From Felis catus (taxonomy: Eukaryota): 64,000 nt of DNA. Shown here piece after piece: positions 37,766 through 52,000 of the stretch (positions are counted from its first letter, which is position 1; each line of letters begins with the position of its first letter). Below the pieces are notes generated by a model, which did no database searches, was not told where the DNA came from, and saw only the letters and a list, made by a program, of their open reading frames with translations. Made by a program: the position numbers and the translations under genes. Location of the stretch: contig NC_058368.1 in assembly GCF_018350175.1 (NCBI RefSeq), positions 150,786,001-150,850,000 of the forward strand, written 5' to 3'.

Positions 37766-39375
37766 CTTTTTTTTGCAAAATCAATGAGTTTAATAACTTT
37801 ACCATGACATATATATAAATTTATATACATATACATATGTGCTGATCAGGTGTTTGAGTGTCTTATTAGAATACCAGAAATATTGCTTATGAAGATATAT
37901 TTCTGGTAGCAAAATATATAGGATTTTTAAATTGATACTAGCACCATAACTCCAAATTGAGAGTAAACACAACAGGAATATTTTTTAATATTTTTCATAT
38001 TGTAGTGCTGCAGACATCATTATCCGCTGGTCATGTTAATCTCAAAGTGCACAGTCTATTTGTATGATCTGTATAATGTGCACAAAGTGTTCAAAGATGT
38101 GATAATGTACAGCTTTGGGTATTTACTATCAGATCATCGTAATGTGCATCTGCTTTAAAGAATCTGATCTGAAAACAATATGTACCTTTTTTACAATATT
38201 GTGTCACACAGTGTGCTGGAGTGGCTATAGAGAATTTTGTCTGCATTTCTGGGTCTATGTAAAAACTCACTTGAAGCTAACCAATAAAAAAAAAAGAAAA
38301 TTTGTAAACAGCTGGTTTATATAGATTTTTCAAAAGGCTTATGTTCTGATCCAGAAGATGTGTGGAATTTGTATTAGGTTTGGGGAAAGAAAAATGGAAG
38401 TTACTACAGTTGTGAGTCAAGAAATTAATTCTAGGGAAAAGAAATAATATTTCCTTTCTTAAAAGATAGCAACAAAATATGTTCTTGGTTTGGATGAGTT
38501 TCTTGATTTTATGTTACTGGCTATGAAACATACCTGCCTGGAAGAGCAATATCATCTAATATGAAATTATTAACCTATTTCATAACTCTAATATGGGAAC
38601 ATCCTCCCCACTCATAATGTTTAGTTTATAAAGTGACCTCAGTGGAACTCATCAAGGAAGTAAAGAAAGGTTTTACAGATTTGCAAAAATTCTTAGTGTG
38701 TGTTTGTTAGTTCATATAGTATAATGTCCATGAATACTGCATAGTAAAGTGAAGCCTTGTTTTGGGGGGATAAGAAAAGCATAGCACATAATTTTGCATA
38801 AAATAAACTCATTAGAAAGAATCTTGTTTGTTAACAAATTTAGTTATTCCATGTTAAAACCAGTTTACCAGTGTTGTCACTGTATTTCAGAAAATGTATT
38901 TACTTGGGTTTTATCTTTATTCCTTAAACCCACATTTGAATAGAGCTCTACTATATCATTACATTAAGCCACCATTTACAGATGTTGTAGGTAAGCATTC
39001 TCTATTCCTTTTCCTGGTCAAAATTTTCCAAAGGCTTCATTTTTACTACACATTGCAATATATTTTAAAATATATGACTGGATACAAGAATAGCTTCAAA
39101 ATATGGTTCCTATTAGTTCCCTCTGTTACTAGGAGATCATATGGATTTATAACTTTTTGCCAATTTAACTATAACTGAAAGCCCCAACTACAGTGTTTCC
39201 GTATTCAACAGACTGCTAATGAAGATTCTGTATAAACTTTACAGCTATCTCTGACAATAAAAACTTCCACAAAAATGTGATTTTTCTAATATTATGATTA
39301 TATGGTAGAACCATAACTCAGGAGTCTAAAAATATATATACACCAGTTTCTTTTAGTAAAACCAGACCTAATTTA

Positions 39376-39598
39376 TTGTTTTTAATTTTTTTTAATGTTT
39401 TTTTTATTTTTGAGAGAGAGAGAGAGAGACAAAGCATGAGTGGGGGAGGGTTAGAGAGAGAGAGACCCACACAGAATCCAAAGCAGGCTCCAGGCTCTGA
39501 GCTGTCAACAAAGAGTCTGACGTGAGGCTCAAACCCACAAACTGTGAGACCATGACCTGAGTCGAAGTCAGATGTCTGACTGAGCCACTCAGGCGCCC
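39376..39598 (-). mobile_element. Can-SINE
   Basis: Reverse SINEC; TSD aaaaccagacctaattta/aaaaccagacctagttta. Confidence 0.95.
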
Positions 39599-40023
39599 AA
39601 AAACCAGACCTAGTTTAATGATTACTTCAATATTATATCACTGTGCTGATCTGTTAAAAGACACTTTACGTAACTTCTATAATCCTTTATTCTAATGACT
39701 GTTTCTATTCATAAAAATAAATGATACTTCCTTATTCTTCCTTTACATGATATCGTTATTTGAAAAAAAAAAAAAAGGATACCGAAGAATAAAAATTAAT
39801 GTGCTGATATTATCAATAATAGCAAAAAATAAAAGTCCAGAACTCTAATTACTGGAGACTGGTTAACTAAGTAATATATATTCATAGAATAGCATGCAGC
39901 CATTTAAAGGATGTTGCAGAAGAATATTTATTGAAATGGGAAATTGGTTATAACATGACTGATAAGAAAAGTAAAAACAGAATATATGGTATAACCTAAT
40001 GGTCATGACATACCAAGGTCTTT

Positions 40024-40218
40024 CATTTTTTAAAAAATGTTAATTTTTGAGACACAGAGAGAGAGAGTGCGCATGAGTGGGGGGGGGTGCAAAGAGAGAC
40101 AGGGACAGAGGGGACAGAGGATCTGAAGTGGGCTCTGCTGAACAGGAGAGCAAAGAGCCCCATGCTGGGCTCAAACTCACAAACCATGAGATCATGACCT
40201 GAGCACAAACCACACCCC
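40024..40218 (-). mobile_element. Can-SINE with internal deletion near head
   Basis: Reverse SINEC body; head shortened (acctgagcacaaaccacacccc). Confidence 0.85.
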
Positions 40219-40237
40219 ATGATATACCCGGATCTTT

Positions 40238-40454
40238 AAATTTTTTTCCCCAATGTTTATTTATTTTGAGAGAGAGACAGAGACAGAGCACGAGAAGGGG
40301 AGGGGCAGAGACAGAGGGAGACACAGAATCAGAAGCAGGCTCCAGGCTCCGAGCTGTCAGCACAGAGCCCGATGCGCGGCTCAGGCTCACAAGCCATGAG
40401 ATTATGACCTGAGCTGAAGGCAGATGCTTAACTGACTGAGCCACCCAGGCGCCC
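40238..40454 (-). mobile_element. Can-SINE (SINEC_Fc2-like)
   Basis: Reverse SINEC; TSD-like atacccggatctt/atacctagatctt. Confidence 0.94.
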
Positions 40455-40631
40455 AGCGATACCTAGATCTTAACAGGGATCATATTCTGGTAGTCAGATT
40501 GGTGATGGTTTTTTGTTTTTAAAATGTTCATTTTTCCTTTGTGCCTTTCTATATTTTTGAAGTTAATCTGCCTTGGCTATTTGTTATTTCTGAAATTAAA
40601 AGAAACCTATTAAGTTATTCTCAATAAAGAT

Positions 40632-40850
40632 GGGGGCATCTGAGTGGCTCAGTCTATTAAAGCTTCTGACTTCGGCTCAGGTCATGATCTCATGGTTCGT
40701 GAGTTTGAGCCCCCTATCAGGCTCTGCAATGACAGTGCAGAGTCTGCTTGGGTTTCTCTCTCTCCACTTCTCTCTGTGCCCCTCCCCACTTGGGTGCACA
40801 CACACACACTCTCTCTCTCTCAAAATAAATAAATAAACTAAAACAAAAAG
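40632..40850 (+). mobile_element. Can-SINE
   Basis: Head, CT/CA tract, A tail; TSD tattctcaataaa. Confidence 0.93.
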
Positions 40851-41362
40851 ATATTCTCAATAAATAGAAGATAAAATGAGTGCAGAAGCCATAGCCAGTA
40901 TGCTTTGTCAGCCAGCATGATGCTGCATTCAAGCTCTTCTGTCCTCTTTTGCCACCAAGTTCCCTTGGTGACAAGTAAAAGCAAGGAAGACTGGTTAGAA
41001 GCCTATTCCTAAAATACTCTTAGGCTTGATTATGAATGCTCAAAATTGTAGAAGAAATACATTATCTGATGCCCATTATTTACTTTTTCCTCAAATCTTG
41101 GGCTTAAATATCCCCTTTTACTATTAGACATACACTAATCTGAACTGCTTTGTGACTATCAAGTGTATAATAGTGCTTTTACAGAACATATATAAAAGCC
41201 ACTAAAAAGCCAGTACCTTCATTTTAAAGCCATGCTTTGTAAAGTATTTTACAAAGGCAAAAAGCATTTTTGACTTATTTTGCAAACTAAGAGGAAAAGA
41301 TCGTTTCTGTTAACCTTTTATCTTTACTCGATATTAAATCATCTGGCACATTTGTCACTTAC

Positions 41363-41463
41363 CCCGCGTTTGGCATTTTCTGCACGTTGTTAATGCTGAT
41401 TCTATCTGGTCATCTGCCAAAGGGAAATCAGGTGTCAACAGTCGTTTCTGTGTTCCAGAGTTC
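41363..41463 (-). other. Candidate 101-nt exon (probably non-coding)
   Basis: Minus strand: ttttaac branch-like motif, atctttatttcttttag| acceptor, cggg|gtaagtg donor; retains several CpGs; one open frame (NSGTQKRLLTPDFPLADDQIESALTTCRKCQTR) with no recognised homology. Confidence 0.5.
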
Positions 41464-42787
41464 CTAAAAGAAATAAAGATATGTATTTTTGGTTAAAAAA
41501 TATGAAAAAGTGACAAATTCTTGCAGCATATTTTAAATATATTTCTTTAATTTAAGGATGCTGTAGTTACAGTATAATTTTGTTAAGGATACAAGTTCTC
41601 CATAGTTACGTGGGCCCAAAGAATAAACATACATCTGGAATTTAAGTCTACTTCCTTCAAATATCAGGATTTTTATTAAATTATTATAAGTAGAGTGTTG
41701 GAAAAAATTGTCCAAACTTGTTTTCTTTCCTAACAGGTGCTTCCAGAAGACAGTGGAAAGGTAATTCAAGTAAGAAAGATAATCACCTGATAGAGAATCT
41801 ATCTATTTAAACACTTCTAACTAAATTGGTTTGAATTATCCAATGATGGATGGGGGGAAGTACTCTTCTTAGGAGACTGTGACCCTAGGAGTCAAGAGCC
41901 ATGCCACTTCTACCCTAAGCCAATAGTGTGACCTTGAGCAAAACCCACAACCTCCCGGGTTAAAGTTCCTTAGTCACCCTGTACACAATAATTTTGATCA
42001 TGTTTGAGTACATGTTTAATGATAAAACTGAGAATTTATGCCTGTCATGATGAAAGACTGCACTAGATTATGTCAGGTGCATTCTAGTCTGAAATCCATT
42101 TGATTCCATATGTGTGCATATGTTATATAGATAATATTTATAAATTTTAAAACATAAAGTTATGCTAGAAATGAGAGCTTATATATCAAACTGCCCTACT
42201 TTTCTATTTGCAGCCAATTACCACCCCAATCTAATGTTTCACTGTATATAAATTCATTTATTCTCTCATTCATTTCAAATATGTGATGATATAGCTATAA
42301 AATCAACATTTGGTTATTTTGAATAAACCAAAATAGCAAATAATTTAAAAATCACTTCCACTTGACTTTGGAATCTATTACATGCATTGTTTTTCCAGAA
42401 AATTTACCTCATAATTATGTTTTGTGAGAGCGAAATGAGTTTCTATTCCAAATTCACACATTGCATTCTGACTGCTGGGTGATGAGGAGAGGCGTCCCGG
42501 GGTTAACACTTGCCATGTTGCCATGGATAATTAGGGGCGACTGAGTGTGTCTTTAACTCTAAACTTGGTATCAACTCTTATGAGTCCAGGTCACCATCTT
42601 CTGTTTTATATTTTTTTGGACCTTTTCAGGCTCTCATATTTTTTTCCATTTTTTTTTCAAATTTATACACTGTGTATATTGCTTTTGGAGATTTTGTTTT
42701 CCATACTCTCTATGACTATTATTTTTTCTGTTTCTGTGGGTTACCTACCATGATCAAAGGTGACATTCTTTAAAAAACAAAACTCTT

Positions 42788-43010
42788 GGGATCCCTGGGT
42801 GCCTCAATCAGTTAAGTGTCTGACTCTTGATTTGGGCTCAGGTCATGATCTCACGGTTTGTGAGACTGAGTCCTGCATCAGGCTCTGTGCTGACAGTGCA
42901 GAGCCTGCTTGAGATTCTTTCTTTCTCTCTCTCTTTCTACTCCTTCCCCCCACCTATGCACTTTCTCTCTCTTAAAATAAACAAACACTTAAAGAAAAAG
43001 AAAAAAGAAA
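42788..43010 (+). mobile_element. Can-SINE (SINEC_Fc3-like)
   Basis: Head, CT tract, A tail; flanking aaaactc. Confidence 0.92.
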
Positions 43011-43521
43011 ACTCATCCTAATGCTTACTGCACTTATAAGACATTATTATTACACAAGTTAATTCCTAACCTTATCCTTAAACCTTTACTGTAATCAAAA
43101 CTCATCTCAATTCAGGTCAAGCCAAGTAAAAAGTCTCTTAAGGGTTGCTCTTCTCACTTGGTGCATTTCCACCTCCCTGGTTATCCTTCGTCATCAGAAG
43201 TTTGAAGCTCATACTCCATTCACTCTATACATTTGCACCCTTGTCAGCCTCTCTTAACTGATCTCTACATTTTTTTTAAGAGTTCATCTCAACCTACAAC
43301 CTCAAAAAGTTTGAGCTTTTGGATTACAATTCTTCAGGGATTCAGTTCCCACAGAGAGTACAATGTATTTTGACCACTGAAGTGCTATCACCTGGATTTA
43401 TTAGGCCCTTCGCAGTTGACACAATAATTAATGACTGCACAAAAGCTCAGCCTGCTGTTACTTTTAGTATAGTGTTACTCATTGCTAAATTCTGAAATAT
43501 ACTTATAAAACTTCTGGACTG

Positions 43522-44540
43522 CATTCATGTATTTATTCATTCAACAAATATGAGTGGTAACTAGGGACGAACACTGTTCCAGCTGCTATGGATATTGTGG
43601 TTGAGGTAGCAGACCAAATGCCTGTTTTCATGGAGGATATTTTTTCCTTGAGAGAGTTGGACAATCCACTAAAAAACAAAGTATCATATTGTGATATGAG
43701 CTATGAAAAAAAACAATAGGGTAATGGATTAGGTAATGGATTCAGGTTAAGATTTAGATTAGGTGGTCATGGAAGACATCTGAGGAGGTCACATTTGAGC
43801 TGACCCCCAATCATCACCCCATCAAAAAAACCCAACCAAATGTGAAGATCTGGAATATTAGAGGCGATTCAACTGCCTTAAGGAGGCGTGAGCTTGGTGT
43901 GTTCACAGGTTGGCCCATGACATTCAGAATGTCAAGAGAGAGAAAAGTGGAATGAACTGAAGTTAGGGAGGCAGGCAAGGTACCAATCGCATACAGCACT
44001 GCAGACTGCGGAAGGAGGTGGTAGTGGAAAGCCATGAGAGGGTCTTATTTACTGAATGTACACTCCAATTTAGATCTTCAAAAGATTATGTACCGAGTAG
44101 AGGATAGACTACAAAGCAACAAATATGGAAGGAGAGAGATCAGTTTTAGGAGGCCTTTGCCTCCCAGAGAGATGATGGTGGTTGAGATCGAGGTGGTAGC
44201 TGTGGAGGAGCTGAAAGGGGACCCAGTCAGAATGTGTTTTGAAGGCAACACTAATAAGACTTCTGAAGAACTGTCTGCACAAAAGGAATTAAGAAGTAAG
44301 GAATGATTCCTAGGTTTTTTTGTCTGGCTTGCTGGGTGGATGGGCAGTGGTACACTTTGCTACAAGGGAGAGGGCTATGGGAAAGGAAATTGTTGGAAGG
44401 GGCAGGGACAAAGCCTTAAGTGTTGGACACGCTAAGTTTGAGATGCCTATTAACTTCTAGTGGATCTGTCAAGCAGGCAGGTGGCCTTTGAGTCTGGAGG
44501 TTAGATGAGGTCAGGGCTAGATATATAGATATGGAAAGAT
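43522..44540 (-). mobile_element. L2 3' region (about 1 kb)
   Basis: cattcatgtatttattcattcaacaaatat tail; gaggaggtcacatttgagctga; ttggacacgctaagtttgagatgcctatt. Confidence 0.85.
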
Positions 44541-45796
44541 ATATGAGATCAAATAAAATCATACAGTCAACCTTTCGATTTTTAAATGGCACTCAATATG
44601 ATCTCATTTTCCATTTTTTGGGTGGGGAGGATATGGAAGGGAGTCTAATTATTTTGCTCTGAAAGTAGCAATATATGCAGAATGCCATCCCCTTGAGGTA
44701 GCTCTTTTCCAAGCACATTTATTTTAAGGATGGAACATTCATCACAGCAACTTCATTTTGATGTGCTTAGATGATCAGGAGAAAAAGAACCTTCTCCTCA
44801 CTCTCAGATTCTGACTTAAGAATTTCTTCAGGAAAAGCTGTTCACATAGTAGCTGCAAATATTATTGACATCACAGTATATCATCCAAGAACAAGGGTCA
44901 GAAATTCCACAAGTTAACTTATTCTTGTAAAATTTCCTGGCAGATATTATAGACAGAAAAGTTCACTTAGAATTCTAATAAGTAGATAAATTCCAATAAG
45001 CAGATCTGCATGGTTTTCTATGGAAAACAATACAAGTTTTATCTTTAAAACTGCCTCTTTGCTTATTATCACTAGAGGAGTGATATCAGGGCCTAGCACT
45101 CAATAAATGTATGATAACATAAAAAATTGAATGACCACTGTCACTACTTGACATTTTTAGTGAAGTCTCCTAAGTATTATTGCACAGCACTTGGTATCCT
45201 ACAAAATCATGCTAAAGACTGTCATTCCATATATTTTAAGTTCCACAAGAATTTCTGTGTGCATACTGTCCAAATTTTGTGTCTTAATGTTATACATTAA
45301 ATGAAATACATCTTGCCCTATTAAAATTTTTTAGAAAGCATAAATGAAGTTTCATTCTTCAATGCACCATTGTTAAATATATCAGAATCACTTTGAAAAG
45401 TTTCACTGCCCCTTTTGTTATGACTGAAGATTGAGTTGGACAGATAAATGCCCAGTTCAATGAATTTACCCAATGGTGTATATGTGTGTTGTTATTTATT
45501 GAACTATGTTTTGTTTTAGCAAAGTATTGAGTCCTTCCTGAGGGGTCCACTGTAACCCCCAAGGAGATAGGAAGTAATGAAAAGTATAACCATTGCAACC
45601 AAAGAAAACTGTCCTCGTTCTCTCTCCCAGCCACATCCTTTTCACTCTGTCTTATAAAGTGTCAAATAGCAAGCTTTGAAGTAATGGAGTCTTCTGTCAG
45701 TAGAACTGATTCAACCAATTCACTGCTCTCTCCTTTCTTCTAATGCATATAATATTAATTTGCATCAGGATCCTTTTTAGTCTAAAAAAAATTCTT

Positions 45797-46020
45797 GGGG
45801 CGCCTGGGTGGCGCAGTCGGTTAAACGTCCGACTTCAGCCAGGTCACGATCTCACGGTCCGTGAGTTCGAGCCCTGCGTCAGGCTCTGGGCTGATGGCTC
45901 ACAGCCTGGAGCCTGTTTCCGATTCTGTGTCTCCCTCTCTCTCTGCCCCTCCCCCATTCATGCTCTGTCTCTCTCTGTCCCAAAAATAAATAAAAACATT
46001 GAAAAAAAATTAAAAAAAAA
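45797..46020 (+). mobile_element. Young Can-SINE (SINEC_Fc)
   Basis: CpG-rich near-consensus copy; TSD aaaaaaattct. Confidence 0.97.
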
Positions 46021-48999
46021 ATTCTAATGCCATAACAATCTCACTCATCAATGTTTCAAATTCTAGGAAAAGCATTCTTGTTATTACCTGACATATGTGC
46101 AACATTTAGTGTCTGTTATTTAACTGCTGTTTATTTGCTCTTTGCATTTCAAATGAATTGTGACATTTTCTTTTCCATTGTCTTAGTAATAATATTCCAA
46201 ATGCATTGTGGGGAAAATAGTCATCTCTATAAGACAACAGAAAAATTCCAATTCTTATTGTACCAATGGAAATTCAAAATGAGACTAATATATTTGGGTA
46301 GATAATAAAAAATCATTCATTCATTCAATGCATGTATTAAGTCCCAATTATTTCCTAGTTATTGGGGATATAAAGATGAATATGATAACAGTCCCTGTTC
46401 CCCAAGAGGCTTACGACAGAGTGGAGGGGCATGGACGTATAAAAGAGTAAGCACACCAAAGTATTTCATTAACTGTGATGGTAATATATGTAGGGAGAGA
46501 GGACTTTTCAGTTGTGCCATAATAGTCTTCATAGGAAAAGTGTCTTCTTAAAAGCTTTGTGTTATCAAGGAAAACAAATCATCTTCAGCATAGGCCTTAA
46601 CCTTTTACTGAATAGTTTTATTTTTTAAAAAAGCTATCTTTAACAATGTTTTGCCTTTATGATTCCAAAGCAATCCTTCAAAAAGTATAAACAATGGATT
46701 CTTTGGTTTACCAAGATGATCTCCTCAAACCATCTAGTCAGTAATTACAATAGCTAGTTTCAGAATGATTTAGACAGTCTAGACTTTGGCCAGGAGGTTT
46801 CACACTCTCTGAAGTTACAAAGTTTCTTGCCATCGTCTAGCCAGGTGATTCCCTCAGTAGAACTGAATTCAGTTCAACTATCATGTCAGGGCTGACTTGT
46901 AGCTATGGAAATATATGTCTATAAGTTTATGTTTGAAGACCCAGTGCAAATTCTACTGCTTTGGATTTCTATGTAGGCTTAAAGACAAGGTTTTGCTTGC
47001 AGATATTTCCTCTGATTTTTCTTTTAGAGAAGAAACAATGTCACTAAACCATAAGGGGGGAATAAAGAGGACTTCTAACAAAAACGAAAGAGTCCAAGAA
47101 AGGCTGAAAGTTGATTCACCTATTTGAAAAAATACAAAATGAATCCTGGTTATTAATCTTGGAATTTACTGAGCTATCGGGTTTTCTTAGTTCAGAGTTT
47201 GAGGGTCCCCTTTCTCACTTTGCATTTAGCGCTTAACACAAAGATTTCTGCTTCCTACCAGTTCATTACAAATTGCTCTTGACAAGGAACCTTGCAGATA
47301 AGCCCAGTGGACCCTTTCCATCCTCCTTTTATTTGAGTTTTTGGCACTATGCTTGAAACATTGTTGCCCCTTGACTTACAGGACCAACCTCACCCAGGCC
47401 CACTATTTTCTCTCTCCTGACCTACTTCAACTGGTTCTCCTACCACCAGCTTTTTGTTTTCCTACAATGTATTCTCTGTATCCATGCAAATGCAAACTTG
47501 CTCATGTCACTTCCCTCATCCTTCTATTCTTAATTAGATCTATTATCAAACCTGGTTTATGGTGAGAAGAGAGTTAATACGAGTGTTTAACTGGCTCTGT
47601 GGAATCCTCAAATCATTCACTAGAAGGACATGGAGCTAACATCTTCTGATCTCATCCTAATTTCCGCCTTATATGATAGGGGTTGTATAACACCTGCCCT
47701 TCCCAGGATTTTATGAAAAAATGAGGCAGTAACAATCCTAACAACTTCCATTTGCATAGTGCTTTACAATTTACAAGATGCTTTCATATATGTTTTATTG
47801 CAATAAAAATGCAAATACTTTGAAACACTGATACTACAAGATAAAAACACCTTTTTATTTTCCATATGATATTTCACATATGAAAGTCACTGAGAATCAA
47901 GGTGATAGGACAGGAGAGGAAACTAATGTTTCTGCCATCTGACCCTCAGAGTAAGCTCTTTCCAGCTGTCAGCAGACTGCCCTGTGTGTAACTAGAGGTC
48001 CTCCCGGAGAGCTACAGCCCCTCCCATCCATAGATGGGCTGGGTAATTTTAGCGTCTAGACTGCCTACACTGGCCCTTGGAAAGTCACATTTAGTTGAAT
48101 CTTTAAAAAGCATCCTCTTTGTTCAGAAACTATTCCATCTGGAATATGATCTCTCTGTGACTTCGCACTACTTGTGGCAGTAATTTTATCTTTTTAGTAG
48201 AAAGCCTGCAATAATATTATGTCCTTGGAGGCAAGTGGGAAGGGAAAAAATTCCACATCACAGTAAGTGACTCAAAAAATACCAAAAATTAATATAACAA
48301 AACCTTTAGAAAAGCATAGAAATGTATATATAAAACTGCTCTTTTCCTTTTTTTTTTTTTTAAGGGTTTTACTTGTCTTTTATGGGAGATTTTGAAAAGA
48401 CTGAAGCAAGAGTCTTTCAGCTTCTCTCTAAGCTCCTTCAAGCTGGCTGTATGGAGAAGACAGACTTTGTAGTCAGAAAATACGGGTCTGGAGTAGTTTA
48501 ATCCTTCCCTTCCTCCACAAAGTTTGACCATAGCTACCAACTTTGTCTGAAAGCGCAGGCAAAGGAAAAAAAGAAGGGCACAGGAAGTCATGAAAAGTTC
48601 TTGAGGGCAGTCTGTATCCTGTCTGTGAAAAGAGATTCATGTCACCACCAAGAAAGATCAACAGGGCCTTTGCACTGGAAACAGAGGTTCGGAGAGTAGA
48701 CTTGTTGAGTGTGGTAATGTCATGAGTCCAGGCTATACCAGCATCTACAAAACTGTCCTGGCATGGAGATAGAGGTGCAACCACTTCCATGAGGCTAACA
48801 TTGCCAGTTTTAGGGTCATCAAGGGGGTAAGTAGAAGGTCCTTATGACCCGGGACTCACAGTCACAAAAAAGTCAAATTTAGACTTTTGACATTATTTTC
48901 AAATGAGGTCACACATGCAGCTGCAAAGCCATACTGACAGGATTGAAAGAGGTTCATTGTGTCCTTTTAAACTTGTGCCTTGCCACTGAGACATCAATG

Positions 49000-49523
49000 T
49001 TGACAGTCTAAATCAAAGTCCCTGCATTTTCCACCTGAGTTACTGTGAGAGCCACTGAAATTGTCTCCCTGCTTCCAGTCATGCACTCCTACCATTTATT
49101 CTCCAAAAAGCAGCCAGAAAGATTTTTTTTCAGAGTGATGTTTTTAATGCAAATATCATAACCCTGACTGCAACCTTCCACTGCCTTCCCATCAAACCTA
49201 GAATAAATCTTAAGTCCTTAGCACAACCTATACAACCTTCTGTGATCTAACTTTAGCTGCCTCCCCTACTTCATTTTAATCAACTTTATTACTCTCCAAG
49301 CAGACTGACCTCCTTGCTACTCCTGGAACACAGCAGGATGTCCCCATCTCAGGGCCTTTGCACTTGCTGATCCCTTGCTTAGAAAACTCTTTCCCCAGGT
49401 ATTTTATTGCTTCTTTCTTTCATTTATATCTTTCCTCAAAAGTAATTTCTTCAGAAAGCTGTTCTTTGGACAACCTATTTAAAAGAATACCTCTGTCACT
49501 CTATCCTTTCAGGATGCCTTAAT

Positions 49524-49554
<31 letters not shown>

Positions 49555-49610
49555 TTTATTTTGATTATTTGCTTTTTGTCTTCTTCTCAGACTGTAAGTC
49601 CCATGAAGGC
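49000..49610 (+). mobile_element. L2 3' region, cut by the ERV LTR
   Basis: ctcagggcctttgcacttgctg, cttggacaacctatttaaaa-like motif, ends agactgtaagtcccatgaaggc just before the LTR; includes (CA)n at 49527-49554. Confidence 0.8.
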
Positions 49611-50037
49611 TGTTGAAAATAAACCCCAGCCAAAGATCAGTTTATTTGAGAAGAGCGGAGAATTACAATATAGGAGAAACAAACTAGAGCCAAACCATAG
49701 CCAAGTCCAGAGAACAAAGGAGAGGAACATCCTTTTATCGAAGAAAGGGGGAGTTGGGAAGGGCTGTTATAAACAAATATTCCACTGGAGTAAGCTGAGA
49801 GTTCTAAGTATAGTGGCTTCTCATTGGTGGAGCTGTTAACTGTCTCCCATTGACTAGGCCATTGCCTGGGGAGGAAGAAACGTTTCTTCCTCTTGCTGAG
49901 ACAGTAAAGTAGTATCCACATGCAAGATCCCTCTCTTCTTGTTGGGTCTGTAATTGTTGAAGTATGCTAGGGCATGAGAACTCCCACTGCCTGCCTCCTG
50001 ACTCCATTCTAAATGTTTCCTTTTATTATTTTTCACA
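49611..50037 (-). repeat. 3' LTR (427 bp)
   Basis: TG...CA termini; PPT caaaagggggata (minus) at 50038-50050; AATAAA (minus) at 49641-49646; homologous to 56622-57026. Confidence 0.9.
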
Positions 50038-50050
50038 TATCCCCCTTTTG

Positions 50051-51000
50051 ATAAAGTTTTTCTTTGAAAGAATCACTAATGAATAGCCAGTTTCTTTATA
50101 TGTAGTGGTATGTTCTTAAGTAACACGAAGGACCTTTTATAGTCACCATGTTCTACGTCAGAGGGAAAGTATATACCAGTTGGAAACCAAGGAAAGCCAC
50201 ATTTAAGTAACAAGGAAAGTTAGGAGGGAGAAACTATCAAGTACTTCAACCTCAAGTCTGTCTCTTCCCAAGATCATAAGGGTTGGAGATTATCTCAAAC
50301 CACTGAGCCACATTTTTTTTTAAAAAGTTCAACAGTCAACAAAATACAAAAGTTAAAATAATTACACAAAACACAAGAAATTTAACAATTCCAAGTTGTA
50401 TGATGACTCTAAACCAGGGCTCTAGGTCTGAAAGTAGTCAAGTGAAATATTTATTGACACTTATTCCAACTTAGGGGAGAAGGCTTCTCCTTATAAAAGC
50501 AAATCCAGAGTCATATATGCCTCCTGAAGCTCCATGAAAGCAGACGACTGAATGCTGCCAAGAGCTCAATGAAAAAATTAACTGAGTTCTTTTAGGAAGA
50601 TATAGTTCAGGTATAAAGATGAAGCGATAGCTGATGAACTTTTTGCAGAATAGCAAAACCTCTAAGATGTTTTAAAATGTATTATCTCAAATAACTGTTT
50701 GGAACCAAATATCTTTTCGATAATGCATCCTGTAAGGTTGCAAATTCAGAGACCATGAATTTGGGTAAGAATCCAAAATCATTTAATAGTTCAGATGAAA
50801 CAAGACTTTTGTGAATTGTGAACCTTCTACACCTTCAGAAAAAGCAAGTGACAATTACCTTGTCCCAGGATCACAATGAGGCTGTTTCTGAAAGGCCATA
50901 ATCAAAAAAAGGGGTTTCCCCTTTTCACAAGGGCCTGGGAAATGCATACAGAGACATGGTTTTTCCACAGAAAAAAGAGAAAACAATAGTGAGAATAAGA
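50051..51000 (-). pseudogene. env: Possible highly degraded/deleted env remnant
   Basis: Lies between IN and PPT; minus ENHVSVCISQALVKRGNP at ~50915-50968 resembles the N-terminal segment preceding the CWIC motif of class I SU; no TM/immunosuppressive domain seen. Confidence 0.3.
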
Positions 51001-51149
51001 TATCCAGACCTGGTCTGAACATCTTGGGAAAAACATCTCATCAGATGTCATCTGCTTCAATTCCAGGAAATCTTTACTTTCAGGTCACCAGATGATATGC
51101 AGGTCCAGTCAGTGTTGGGTGCTTTCTTTAGATGCATCATGTGAATCCT

Positions 51150-52000
51150 GGAGTCTGTCCCTAGAGTTTAGCGGCACAAAGATTGGCTAGCAGTTCCTGA
51201 TGAGGCCTTCCCAGAGAGGTTGAATACTCTTTCTGGAGTTGTCTTTTCCAATAGATAAATCCCCTTATACTTAAGGTCATCATCTCCCCAGAGTGCACTG
51301 TGTAACATTGCTCTACCCAAGTACAGATATCTTTAACAGAAGCAATTAGCAATTTTACAATATTGAAGTATATCTCCTTTTACTAACTATGGATCAGAAG
51401 AGGCAGGGGCCAAGGGCATTGGCACTTGACAATCTCAAGAGTGACTATCTCAAAGGGTGGCAGCCTCAGGTCCCAAGGGGGTAGATCTGAGAGTTAGAAG
51501 GACCAAAGGCTATGCTTTCAGCCAACCTATTTGGAGCGTCTCTACAAATTTTGCCAGTTAAGTTGTAATAGAGCTGTTAGTGCATGCAACAAACTCAGAG
51601 GATTAAGGATGGAATGCACAATTAAAGTGTTTTAAAAACCAGGCAAATATCACAGACCTGTTGAAGCATCTGACTGGTAAAATGGGTTCCTGATCACTAT
51701 GAAGTTTGAGAGGGCTCCCCAGGTAGGGGTAATCTTTTCTAACATAAGAAGCGTTGGCCTGTCTACAAGAGAAAGAAAGCTTTGGGCCTGTCAGAAAACA
51801 TACAGAGCATGACTAAAACATTTATATCCACGAGATGGGGAAGCTGTATGAAATCCGTTTGTACAAACAGGTTTCCCCAGATTATACTTTGGACAGGTGG
51901 GACAAGGGATATCACCACTTCGTGATATCCAGTTAGCTTTTTCCCACCAATACTGGTGGGATACATGAAGGCGATCATTTTGTTAGTAGACCAATAGTTT
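51150..52000 (-). pseudogene. pol: Retroviral integrase remnant
   Basis: QTDFIQLP...VLVMLCMFSDRPKAF (cf. QxDFIQLP...WPEAF); AFHP*SSEFVACTNSSI (cf. AYHPQSSGxVERxN); PLVLLTLRSTP. Confidence 0.85.

Larger units (their letters stand above)
39840..40600 (+). mobile_element. Old L1ME-like 3' fragment split by two SINEs
   Basis: ggagactggttaactaag...atagaatagcatgcagccatttaaagg...; resumes after 40470. Confidence 0.5.

Noticed and set aside
41737..41760. Plus-strand 24-nt micro-exon-like site (ttttctttcctaacag|...aag|gtaatt)
   Set aside because: Isolated, downstream of the putative poly(A) site, no partner exons; such matches are common by chance.
48473..48790. 105-aa ATG-initiated minus-strand ORF in non-repeat sequence
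   Set aside because: No recognisable domain or splice context; length is compatible with chance. A BLASTP/TBLASTN hit would reopen it.
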